IMG/VR virus record: IMGVR_UViG_3300006155_000002
Direction: 5' to 3' (one strand)
Source: a virus
Lineage: Duplodnaviria; Caudoviricetes
DNA length: 64,000 bases
Part shown: piece by piece, positions 41,811-50,477 of the stretch
Numbering within the stretch: position 1 is the stretch's first letter
Layout: each line of letters opens with the position of its first letter
Translations under genes and position numbers: made by a program
Notes under the pieces: generated by a model
The model's database searches: none
Told to the model about the DNA's origin: nothing
The model's input: the letters and a program-made list of their open reading frames with translations, nothing else

Positions 41811-42231
41811 TGGTGGAGCCGGCGGGAGTCGAACCCGCGTCCGAAATTTCTACATGAGCAAGACCTTTTTACGCAATAGTTCCTTATTAGGTGATTGCCT
41901 TACGGCGTGGCACCAAGATAGGAGCAATATCAACCACAGGGCATACCAATTCGGTACGCCTCCACCACCTTATCTTTTTTTTGAGCAGCAGACAAGGAGA
42001 GCTGATTTCGTGACGTATCTTTGACCGCAGACACTTACCCGTCAGAAGGTGTGCCGTTTTGGAATCCAGCCGTCAATCAGGCGGCGACCCTCTCTGCCAC
42101 AAAGGCGGCGAAAGCGGGATGGATCATAGTGATAGTCTCAGTGTTGTTGTTTAATTTTTAGGTTAGCCTTAAGGCGGTCTCTACCTGCGAATCTTACTCT
42201 CTCAAAACCCCGTCGAAACCTTTACGGCCCC
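41811..42231 (-). ncRNA. ssrA: tmRNA
   Basis: 5' GGGGCCGTAAAGGTTTCGAC, 3' GGTTCGACTCCCGCCGGCTCCACCA, internal tag frame ending VAA*. Confidence 0.92.
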
Positions 42232-42234
42232 GTA

Positions 42235-42326
42235 TGGCGGAACAGGCAGGATTTGAACCTGCACACCCTTTCGGGTTACTGGCGGTTTAGCAAACCGCTT
42301 CCTTACCAGGTTAGGATTACTGTTCC
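42235..42326 (-). tRNA. tRNA-Ser(GCT)
   Basis: Cloverleaf with long variable arm, CCA. Confidence 0.92.
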
Positions 42327-42431
42327 ATAAAAAGAGCCCGGCGCGAAGCCGGGCTTCTCCACATTGTTATAGACCGTGTGGACGCGCTGTCTTAGAGCAT
42401 AGTTTGGAGACATCAATGACCCCTTTCGGGG

Positions 42432-42507
42432 TGGAGCTGGTAACAGGAGTCGAACCTGCGACACTCGGAGTACAAAACCGATGCTCTGCCAACTGAGCTA
42501 TACCAGC
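42432..42507 (-). tRNA. tRNA-Thr(TGT)
   Basis: Cloverleaf, CCA. Confidence 0.9.
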
Positions 42508-42510
42508 AAA

Positions 42511-42586
42511 TGGAGCTGACGCAGAGATTCGAACTCTGAACCTGTTGTGTACGAAACAACCGCTCTGCCATTAGAGCTACGTCAGC
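42511..42586 (-). tRNA. tRNA-Thr(CGT)
   Basis: Cloverleaf, CCA. Confidence 0.9.
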
Positions 42587-42589
42587 ATA

Positions 42590-42664
42590 TGGCTGGGGTG
42601 ACTGGATTCGAACCAGCGAATGCGGGAGTCAAAGTCCCGTGCCTTACCACTTGGCTACACCCCA
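42590..42664 (-). tRNA. tRNA-Gln(TTG)
   Basis: Cloverleaf, CCA. Confidence 0.93.
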
Positions 42665-42685
42665 AGATATACAACTAATCAGCAA

Positions 42686-42967
42686 TCATACAGCGTTTTC
42701 GATGATGCTCATGAAGCTGTTTTCGTCGATTTCTACGCCGTCATCTTCTTCGTACAGTTTGATTTCATGGTCATACACATTCCATCCATACCCACGTTCA
42801 CAATGTCCGCCGCAGTCATGACCTCGTTCCACAGCATGATCCCATCGGACGTTAATAGAGCCAGCAATTCGGCAAACAGTTCCTGTAGTTCCGATGCGAA
42901 TATCTTTATTACCATCTGGGTGATTCACCATTGACTCCACTCGATCTCCAACACAAAATTTCGTCAC
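42686..42967 (-). CDS. SH3-like GHDCxGxC domain protein
   Basis: Paralog of 8123-8437. Confidence 0.72.
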   Translation of the reverse strand: MTKFCVGDRVESMVNHPDGNKDIRIGTTGTVCRIAGSINVRWDHAVERGHDCGGHCERGYGWNVYDHEIKLYEEDDGVEIDENSFMSIIENAV

Positions 42968-42973
42968 GCAATA

Positions 42974-43510
42974 TCACTCCTTTGTCGGTAAAATAATGTC
43001 GAAGAAGGACTTTTCGTCGATATCTTCTTCTGGCCTTTCTTTGTATAGTCTGAGATTTTTAGACGATACATACCACCCATATCCCTCTTCACACGATCCA
43101 TCACACACATGACCGTTTACGAAGTGATCCATCTCAACTGCATATTGCGTAGTTCCAAATCCTCGAATAATCCCAACATCGCCGCTCCAGATATATGGAT
43201 TATTACTTGGATTGTCAACTATAATTTCAACCCTATCACCTTTCTGAAATTCTCTCATATCGACTGGTTCCTCCTCACAACCTTCGTACAATTTGACATC
43301 TAATTCATGCACATACCATCCATAACCATGCTCACAGTTTCCACTACAATCATGGCCTTCTGGAAGTGGCTTGTCCCATGCAACCCCGATGTAGCCATCA
43401 TCATCGAAATCACACACAGTTCCAAGGTCGCCAGCAACAATATAATCGCTTTCAAAAGGATAATTTACGATAGCCTCTACTCGATCATACAGCTTAAACT
43501 GCATATACAA
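42974..43510 (-). CDS. tandem SH3-like GHDCxGxC domain protein
   Basis: Two copies of the domain. Confidence 0.72.
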   Translation of the reverse strand: MYMQFKLYDRVEAIVNYPFESDYIVAGDLGTVCDFDDDGYIGVAWDKPLPEGHDCSGNCEHGYGWYVHELDVKLYEGCEEEPVDMREFQKGDRVEIIVDNPSNNPYIWSGDVGIIRGFGTTQYAVEMDHFVNGHVCDGSCEEGYGWYVSSKNLRLYKERPEEDIDEKSFFDIILPTKE

Positions 43511-43900
43511 TCACTTCCTTCTTCTGTGCTCTTAAACACATTGAAACTGGGGTACTTGACGCTTGACACCGCTGGTTGGTCAACGTCGCCTCACCGCTCC
43601 AATCCTCGCCCAGTTCCAATTGTCCTGCGATTCTTTTTCTTTATCCATGGGAGAACCACTGGTAATAACCCATGCCTTCTTGCGCTTAGCGATTACGCCC
43701 GCTTTGCGCTGAGCCTCTTGTCTGATAGTGCCAGCGAGTGGCAAAGTGAAAGGAGGTGGTGTCAATGTCCGTAAAGGACTATGTCATCGGCTCAGAAGGA
43801 ATTACATTGAGCGGCACGTTTCGCCACGGGTGTTCGGTGACGTTTTCCAGAAACGTGCAAAGGAAGAAAGAAGAGAAGCGGGGCGAAGAACCGCCCCGCT

Positions 43901-44006
43901 GATGGGAGAGGGTGGATTCGAACCACCGATACTGAAAGGCCACATGGCGCCTCAAAGCCAAACAGCGAAGGCTTAATCCTCCTGCTTACCTCTTGCATAC
44001 TCTCCC
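43901..44006 (-). ncRNA. aberrant tRNA-like RNA
   Basis: Acceptor GGGAGAG/CTCTCCC, D-arm and GGTTCGAATCC T-arm intact; central region non-canonical. Confidence 0.6.
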
Positions 44007-44160
44007 TGATTGATAGTTAAAACACAGGTTTTATTCCCATACATAATAGACGTACTGCACTGTTGGGCAAAAAGACGTTGGATTCGGGGTTTTCAGGCTG
44101 TTCCTATTTCAAAGAAAAACCTGAATCCAACTCCAAAAGCCCTTGAACTGCTTCTTTTCT

Positions 44161-44515
44161 CTTCGTTGTTCATGATCTGCATTACATATGATGTCTTGAT
44201 GCGGGCTCTTGAAGACCGGCGAAGAGTCGTCGCTCGCCTTGATGCCTGTGGGCTTCAGGGTGGTCCGCTGGTATGCTTGTTTGATATTTCGTGAAAACCG
44301 TTGAGCCAGGCCGGGTTCCGGCTTTGTGCTCCTTGGCTGCTTCGTGATGGTTCGGGAGATGACCTCTGCTTAGGAATCTACGGCCGCCGCGGCAGCAGTG
44401 CGCCGGCCTGGCAGGCTGCCTCCTGACTCTTCCTTCATCCCAGCCATTCGTTACTCTGATTTACAATACAGAGCTTTAAGCCTTTCGACTTAAAAATTCA
44501 TCACATACAACGAAG
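44161..44515 (-). ncRNA. retron-like msr/msd cassette 3
   Basis: IR CTTCGTTGT/ACAACGAAG extended by 6 bp with G-U pairs, G at 44499, shared hairpin 44454-44473. Confidence 0.78.
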
Positions 44516-44516
44516 T

Positions 44517-45059
44517 CTATTTTATATGAACAATGTATTTTTTGTCTATCATCCGGAACCCTACAGATTCATACTGCTCCCATATCAATTCCCAGTTGAT
44601 GTAGTCCATCATGGCACTGTTAGCTATCGCATCGAGCATCTCATCGGTAATCCCATAGTCGAATGGAACATTGAGCTGTGTCGCAAGATAGTATCCGGCC
44701 GTTTCTTTTGCGTTTAATGGCAGATCAACGTCGGATATATCACCGAACATGAATTCGTTCTCTTTCAGCTTTCTGACGAAATCCTCGTTAAACAAATTAC
44801 CAGAAGGAGCGGCCTCAAGTAGGACTTGCAGATATTCTTCCGTCATACCCGGATTTTCGCTGTTAATTTCATCGAGAATATCGTTCAGTTCCTTGATACT
44901 GTCATTCCTGGTAATTGAGATGGTTGGCGAGGTGGACAGAATGATATAGTCGTAGTGGTTTTCAAGTTCTGCCCGAAGATTACATGGTAATGTCAGGATC
45001 TTGGATTCCCCGCAATCCAAATCACTGACTTCAACAGTCAATTGAATCATATCAACCAC
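44517..45059 (-). CDS. acidic protein, possibly ArdA-like antirestriction
   Basis: Very acidic; LTLP, SIKELN, DYINWE resemble ArdA segments (by eye only). Confidence 0.45.
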   Translation of the reverse strand: MVDMIQLTVEVSDLDCGESKILTLPCNLRAELENHYDYIILSTSPTISITRNDSIKELNDILDEINSENPGMTEEYLQVLLEAAPSGNLFNEDFVRKLKENEFMFGDISDVDLPLNAKETAGYYLATQLNVPFDYGITDEMLDAIANSAMMDYINWELIWEQYESVGFRMIDKKYIVHIK

Positions 45060-45072
45060 TTCCTTTTCTGCA

Positions 45073-45425
45073 AAAACTTTGTAATCTACAGTAGCGTGCG
45101 CGCGTGTCCCGGAATTCGTTGTTGATTGTGGTGTCCTTTACCTTCGCTAAGCGGCTTTAGTGCTCTCCGGTTTTCTTTGGATGAGTCCAGCCTCTTTTGG
45201 CCTGAGTGGCCTGGTTTCCTGTAGCGACTCTGCTTGGTTTCCTTTCGTTTCTGTCGGGTTCGTCTGGCGTTCTGCTGTCGGAAGCCTCGTGGTCGTTTGC
45301 TCAGGATCTGTACCTGTACCTGCTGCGCCCTAATGTTCGCGCTACCTCCACCCGGCCATGCGTTACTCTGATTTACAATACAGAGCGTCTCTTGATTGAC
45401 AAAAGACTATCCATTACAAAGTTTT
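45073..45425 (-). ncRNA. retron-like msr/msd cassette 2
   Basis: Perfect 13-bp IR AAAACTTTGTAAT/ATTACAAAGTTTT, G at 45412, shared hairpin 45366-45385. Confidence 0.85.
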
Positions 45426-45431
45426 CATTTG

Positions 45432-46571
45432 TTATGCGGCCAAATCATCATGAATGGTGCGCATTACGTCCGTGTGGTACTTGTCATTGTTGAATTTGAT
45501 GACCTCGTCCACATATCCCCCTTCCACCATGCGATAGTAGTTGATAAGGCCACGCAAAACTTGAACATCATGCAGCTCCCACATGATTCCGTTTCGGCGG
45601 TCAAGAATGTAGTTGCTAATCATTGCACGGAACCGTTGCTTATTCTTATAACCGATAGTAATCTCATTGTCTTTGTTGAGCATCAGACCGAGATTCCAGT
45701 TACTCCCCGCCCTTGATCCATATCTGGTCTTTTCATCTTTGATTTTGAACGGAGCGTAAAATTCGGCCAGCGTATTGTTAATAAATCCAATAACGCTGTT
45801 ATGGTCGAACTCCTGCCGGCTTGAGATGATGGAGTCATCGGCATATCTGGTATACACAAACGACTTCCCATCAAAATTCCGCAGGGCGTTGTAGATTTTA
45901 TGGTCGATTGGGATCATCATTAGATTGGTGAGCATGGGAGAAATCGGCGTGCCCTGTGGCAAACCGCCATGCAGGAAACACAGGCTGAGTGCCTTATCCA
46001 ATGCATTTCTACCGCGTTCACACTTTACGATCTCGCTAAACGGAAAGATAAGAGATAGCGAGTATCGAAGAAACTCTTGCGTTGTGCTGCCAAAGAAGTT
46101 AGAGAAGTCCGTTTTCAGGAACCAACGGCTCCCGTTTTGCTGATGGCGCTTGATGGCGTCGATGGTAGACCGCCCTGGAACATAGGCAAATGCTGCCGTA
46201 TGATACTTGGCAAACATCTTTTTCTCAAACAGCGTTTTCAAATTACGGAGCGCTGTCATCAGTTCCTGTTCCGGCGCGTTGATTTCACGCAAGCCGCCGG
46301 ACTTCTTTGGGATGTAGAAGGTGTCGTACAGCTTTTCTCTGGGAACATCAAAGAGACTGTCGTTCTGCTCACAGAACCTCTCCAGATCAGATGTCATTTC
46401 CGCAAAATCGAAGCGCTCCAGGAACTGTGGCTTAAGATAGCGTGAGAAATATGTCCGGGTGTTGGATTCGTTCGATGAGATCATAGACCGCATATTGACC
46501 TCGCCAGAGATAATCTCCTCAAATGTGATCTGATGATAGGACGGCGATTGCATAACAGTTATGTATGGCAT
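45432..46571 (-). CDS. retron-type reverse transcriptase
   Basis: KKSGGLREINAP, AIKRH (region X), DFSNFF, LPQGTPISP, YTRYADD, NLG (region Y); start MPYIT after GGAGG. Confidence 0.92.
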   Translation of the reverse strand: MPYITVMQSPSYHQITFEEIISGEVNMRSMISSNESNTRTYFSRYLKPQFLERFDFAEMTSDLERFCEQNDSLFDVPREKLYDTFYIPKKSGGLREINAPEQELMTALRNLKTLFEKKMFAKYHTAAFAYVPGRSTIDAIKRHQQNGSRWFLKTDFSNFFGSTTQEFLRYSLSLIFPFSEIVKCERGRNALDKALSLCFLHGGLPQGTPISPMLTNLMMIPIDHKIYNALRNFDGKSFVYTRYADDSIISSRQEFDHNSVIGFINNTLAEFYAPFKIKDEKTRYGSRAGSNWNLGLMLNKDNEITIGYKNKQRFRAMISNYILDRRNGIMWELHDVQVLRGLINYYRMVEGGYVDEVIKFNNDKYHTDVMRTIHDDLAA

Positions 46572-46586
46572 AAAAAATACCTCCTC

Positions 46587-46936
46587 GCCTGTATTCAAAT
46601 ATACAGTAGTGTCTTCTGGGCGGTGATCCTTAATGGCGTCTGAAGGCAGCAGTTTATCCACTGGCCATACCGAGTTCGTTTGGGCTTTTATTTATTTCCC
46701 TTCAGGAAGTACGGGTTTGTGCTTGTTGTACGGCCTTGTCGGTATGGATTCGGATATTGCACTATGCTTGTGCTTGCTCTGGTATGAGGGGGTATGAGCT
46801 TCGACTCGTGGGCCTCTTGCTTACTAATAAGAGCTTGAGCTGCTCCCTGAGCTACCTCCCGCCGGCCATTCGTTACTCTGATTTACAATACAGAGCACCC
46901 TCAACCCTGATGAGCTGAGAGTAATACAATACAGAC
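46587..46936 (-). ncRNA. retron-like msr/msd cassette 1 (canonical position upstream of RT)
   Basis: Minus-strand stem GUCUGUAUU/AAUACAGGC, G at 46927, shared hairpin 46876-46895. Confidence 0.8.
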
Positions 46937-46945
46937 TAAGTTAAA

Positions 46946-46977
46946 GAAGCGGCGGTCATAGATTTGGCCGCCGCTTT
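46946..46977 (-). terminator. intrinsic terminator after E1 gene
   Basis: AAGCGGCGGTCA...TGGCCGCCGCTT hairpin, followed by CTTT on the minus strand. Confidence 0.65.
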
Positions 46978-46988
46978 AGTGCAGCTTG

Positions 46989-47660
46989 TTAAAATGCGTC
47001 CACCTCAAAGCTAAACGCGTCCACAAGAATCATTTTGCGGAGCTGTTCGCCTTTTACGAAGTTGATGAAATTCGCTACGCCATAAGCAACAATCGTACGC
47101 ACCGTCGGAACGACAGAAAGTGTGATGTTGCAGGCGGAGACAGGAGTTGCTTCCTTCGCCTCATCATGGGAAAAGCCCATGCTATTGATGAAGCTTTCCA
47201 CCATCTTCTCGTCATTCCAGGCAGCGGCATAGTGCTGTGCATCCGTCAGCCGCATCCGGAAATCAAACATCCCCTTGACAAACGTGTTATCCTTGCAGGC
47301 GGTGGCGATTTCCCGGCGAAGGTCAATGTTATCCACCGCCAGGAAAACGTAGCCAGAGAGCCGTTGTCCAGTCCAGCCTTCCCTGATGAGTTTCAGATCG
47401 CTGGCACACTCCGGGTTGATCTCGGCGAGATACTCGGCCAACGCATCGACTTTGGCCTTGCCGATATCCGTGTGCCGGAACATCTGATTGGCGATGTTAT
47501 GCGGCTCCACGTTATCGAAATCGTACAGCGTGATCTTAGTAATGCCGAACCGCACCAGATTCTCAGCGACCGTGGAACCAATAGCCCCACAGCCGATGAT
47601 GTGAATCCGTGAGTCGAGCATATCCGGCTTGAAGAATTCGTAAGATTTTGCCAAGTCCAT
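46989..47660 (-). CDS. ThiF/E1-like adenylyltransferase
   Basis: IIGCGAIGS, DFDNVEPHNIANQ, GKAKV, LAVDN, SAC. Confidence 0.9.
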   Translation of the reverse strand: MDLAKSYEFFKPDMLDSRIHIIGCGAIGSTVAENLVRFGITKITLYDFDNVEPHNIANQMFRHTDIGKAKVDALAEYLAEINPECASDLKLIREGWTGQRLSGYVFLAVDNIDLRREIATACKDNTFVKGMFDFRMRLTDAQHYAAAWNDEKMVESFINSMGFSHDEAKEATPVSACNITLSVVPTVRTIVAYGVANFINFVKGEQLRKMILVDAFSFEVDAF

Positions 47661-47683
47661 GATTTGTCTCTCCTTTCTCACTC

Positions 47684-48559
47684 TCAGGAGTAAACCCTGT
47701 AGTCATCGCCGCCAACTCCGTCGTATTCCTGAAAGGAACGACCGATATCGGCGCCCCCTTTGTTCTTCGGCTTACTTTTGACACCAACGGGAGCGACATT
47801 AGCCTGGGTCGGAGTCGAGGCTGCTTGTGTGCTGGTCTGCACCGTCTGGGCGATGGACGTAACCTTCCCTTGCTGGTAACTGCCCTGGTAGCCCCCCTGA
47901 TAGCTGCCCTGGTAGGTTTTTCTGGTGACAATTGCCTTTGCATCGTTGAGGAAAGCCTGGAGATTTACGCCCTCGTCGCCAATATATACGTCCACGTCCG
48001 CCGTCTCGTACAGCGTGTTGTTCTTCAAATCAAAGATGCGGACGAAGTGCTCGTACCGCTTGTTCCAGATCATGAAGATGTAGAAATCCTCATCGGTGAT
48101 CTGCTCCAGGATCTTTTCCTGGTGGGTGGTGTCCACACCGGACGGAGACACGCTCATATTCACATGGCTGTGTCCCTGCATCCGAATGTTGTTAAACACG
48201 TCATCCTCGAATGAATAGAGCCACGTCTGATAAGCGTCCTGGTCGGTATTGACTGTCGCCCCGGTGACTACCTGCGGATACACCAGGATATCGGTGATGT
48301 AGAAGATAGAGGGATTCTCCTCGTCACGATGGACTACACCGTGCCACGCAACCTCGTCGCTGAACTGCTGGATAAGGCCGTTCATTTTGGCGAAGGCAAT
48401 GGTAGACAGGTAGATGGTAGCCCTGTCGTTGTCCTCCCACTTAAACGTCCGGCTGTACTCCAACTTGCCGTCGAACATCTTGACGGACCTGACTTTTTCC
48501 AGGAACTCTTCCTGAATCTTCGCAAGCAGCTCGTCTGTGAGCTTGATAGGCTTACTCAT
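47684..48559 (-). CDS. JAB/MPN-like metallopeptidase
   Basis: EVAW...HSHVNMSVSPSGVD (E...HxH...S..D). Confidence 0.82.
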   Translation of the reverse strand: MSKPIKLTDELLAKIQEEFLEKVRSVKMFDGKLEYSRTFKWEDNDRATIYLSTIAFAKMNGLIQQFSDEVAWHGVVHRDEENPSIFYITDILVYPQVVTGATVNTDQDAYQTWLYSFEDDVFNNIRMQGHSHVNMSVSPSGVDTTHQEKILEQITDEDFYIFMIWNKRYEHFVRIFDLKNNTLYETADVDVYIGDEGVNLQAFLNDAKAIVTRKTYQGSYQGGYQGSYQQGKVTSIAQTVQTSTQAASTPTQANVAPVGVKSKPKNKGGADIGRSFQEYDGVGGDDYRVYS

Positions 48560-50042
48560 TGCTTTCCTCCTCTTTTTCCTCCGCCTTGACATCTTGTTCC
48601 TCCAACCATAACACGGCCTCCAACGGCGTCTTGGTAGAGCCGTCGGGCATTTCGATGACCTTCCCGATCCTGGTCGAAAACAGCTCCTGCGTCATACGCC
48701 CAGTGGTCATGCTTTCCAGGACGTTGACACTTTTTGCGGACTGGACGCAAGCCGCTACAGCGCCAACATAGTCCCGGTTTCTCATGGATTGGCGAATTGT
48801 CCGCTCGTTGTCGCCCAAACAGTGGAATCCTTGGATATGCTGGTTGGGCGTATGGTCCATGATAATCTCCCGTGGGAAGTCGTATCCGTCTACACCGCGA
48901 TATCTTCCGTCGTCAAAGTTCAGCCGATATGCGGCGCAGATACGAATCTTCAAAGTTTCCTTCAGGAAGATTTCTGTCATCAGCCGTTTGATCCGTTCGT
49001 ACGTCATCTCGCTATGACCAACCGACTGGTAGAAGTAGCTGCGTCTGTTGTTGATGATGGACTCTGCGGCATCCGGATCAAAGTTTGCAACCGTAGTGGT
49101 AACGACAAACTCGATTTCACCGTTGTTTACCCGCATCAAATGAAGGGCGTTGTTGCAGAGGAAGAACTCCAGAAGCTCGCTGCTCTCCTCGCCGCCGCCG
49201 TTCTCGATCTTGTCCTTCAGTCCGCACTCCTGAGTTTTGAGATCATTCATCTGCTGATAGAGGGAAGCGAACTGTCGCTCCAGCTCCTGGAAATTGCGAT
49301 CCATTCCAACAATCTGACTGCGGATATTCTGAAGCTTACGGCGGTCAAACTGCGTCTCAAATCCAGTCAGCTTACTGCGAATGATTTGTGACCGGAAGTC
49401 AAACCGTTTGGCGAACTCCTGGATCTTGGCCTCGTAGTCGGGGGCGTACCGCTTGATGAGCGTTGCAGCAAGCTCCGTTTCCTCTGTGGTGGCCGGATTC
49501 TCGTTGAAATACCAGGGAAAGTACCTGGGAATCAGAGACGCCAGAGTGTGCCATCGTTTTAGATTCATCCGCTCCGTAAAGATGATCGTATTGCGAAGTT
49601 CCTCATTCATATAGATCTTGGCACGGAACCTCGCATTCTTCTCAATCCAGGCGGATAAATCTTCCACCAGCCGATACCCGGAAATGGTTTTCGGCACACC
49701 CTCTGCAAGCCTCTCGAAGCAGGCCGTATTGCTCTCGTCATCATTCTCGAAGGAATGAATGAGCAGTTCTCCACGGCTATCGCCGTAAAGAATATCCATG
49801 CCGCTCATAAAAGCCCTGACACAGTCTCTCGCTGACGAACCAGTCAACTGCCCAGAGCTGTAGTCCGAGTGGGTGTGCCGCAATTTGATTGACTCCTCTT
49901 TCGGAACCCTGCTGTACAGCAAAGCCCTTAAGGTTGCGACGAACGATTCATCGGAGCGGAAATTGCATCCGTCGATGTTATGAAACAAACTCGACGCGAC
50001 CTCATTGGCGAGAGTCAGACCAGTGATTTCTTTTGAGAACAT
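48552..50042 (-). CDS. coiled-coil protein with putative C-terminal E2-like domain
   Basis: PNQHIQGFHCLG resembles the UBC HPNI..G..CLG active site; operon context. Confidence 0.6.
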   Translation of the reverse strand: MFSKEITGLTLANEVASSLFHNIDGCNFRSDESFVATLRALLYSRVPKEESIKLRHTHSDYSSGQLTGSSARDCVRAFMSGMDILYGDSRGELLIHSFENDDESNTACFERLAEGVPKTISGYRLVEDLSAWIEKNARFRAKIYMNEELRNTIIFTERMNLKRWHTLASLIPRYFPWYFNENPATTEETELAATLIKRYAPDYEAKIQEFAKRFDFRSQIIRSKLTGFETQFDRRKLQNIRSQIVGMDRNFQELERQFASLYQQMNDLKTQECGLKDKIENGGGEESSELLEFFLCNNALHLMRVNNGEIEFVVTTTVANFDPDAAESIINNRRSYFYQSVGHSEMTYERIKRLMTEIFLKETLKIRICAAYRLNFDDGRYRGVDGYDFPREIIMDHTPNQHIQGFHCLGDNERTIRQSMRNRDYVGAVAACVQSAKSVNVLESMTTGRMTQELFSTRIGKVIEMPDGSTKTPLEAVLWLEEQDVKAEEKEEESNE

Positions 50043-50130
50043 AGCCTGCTCCTTTTCTTAAAAATTTAAGGGCTCCCACCATTCAGATGGGAGCCCTCGA
50101 CCCTATGTATGGGCTGTGGTCCTGTGCTGC

Positions 50131-50385
50131 TTAGGCGTTGTCGGCCTTGACCACAGAGATCAGGAAGCAGCGGTCGTGGCCGGGCTCGCCGGTGTAGCCC
50201 AGCTCGGCGAAGGTCTGGTCCCACTTGGCGCCGGTGATGGTATCGCCGTCCAGGGACAGCATCCCCATAGCGTAGTCCAGGCCGGTCTCGCCCTTGGTGC
50301 TCTCCATGGCCTCGCGGATGGTGGTGTTGGGGTTCAGGTTGAAACGGAAGCGCTTCAGGTTGTTGCCGATAGTCACGTTAATCAT
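50131..50385 (-). CDS. ubiquitin-like (beta-grasp) protein
   Basis: 84 aa, INVTI...TTIREA...LSLDG...TFAELG...FLISVVKADNA; upstream of E2/JAB/E1. Confidence 0.68.
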   Translation of the reverse strand: MINVTIGNNLKRFRFNLNPNTTIREAMESTKGETGLDYAMGMLSLDGDTITGAKWDQTFAELGYTGEPGHDRCFLISVVKADNA

Positions 50386-50477
50386 GATTCATTTCTCCTT
50401 TTTATTCAAAAAATTTTTTTGGATGGATTGGGGTTGCCGGGCGGGGATTGTTTCACCCCGCCCGGATAGGTGTCGTC

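Noticed and set aside
45432-46571. RT as DGR or group II intron
   Set aside because: No TR/VR pair with A-specific mismatches, no maturase/X domain or intron ends; motifs are retron-like.
46572-46661. N-terminal 30-aa extension of the RT in the ORF track
   Set aside because: GGAGG precedes the ATG at 46571, and the extension overlaps ncRNA cassette 1.
40142-46895. Repeated 20-bp palindrome as a CRISPR array or operator
   Set aside because: Spacing is irregular (0.2-4 kb), there are no cas genes in the window, and each copy sits in its own inverted-repeat-bounded fold with covariation.
46908-46920. CTGATGAG as a plus-strand hammerhead core
   Set aside because: No stem II/GAAA; it is the loop of the msr variable hairpin.
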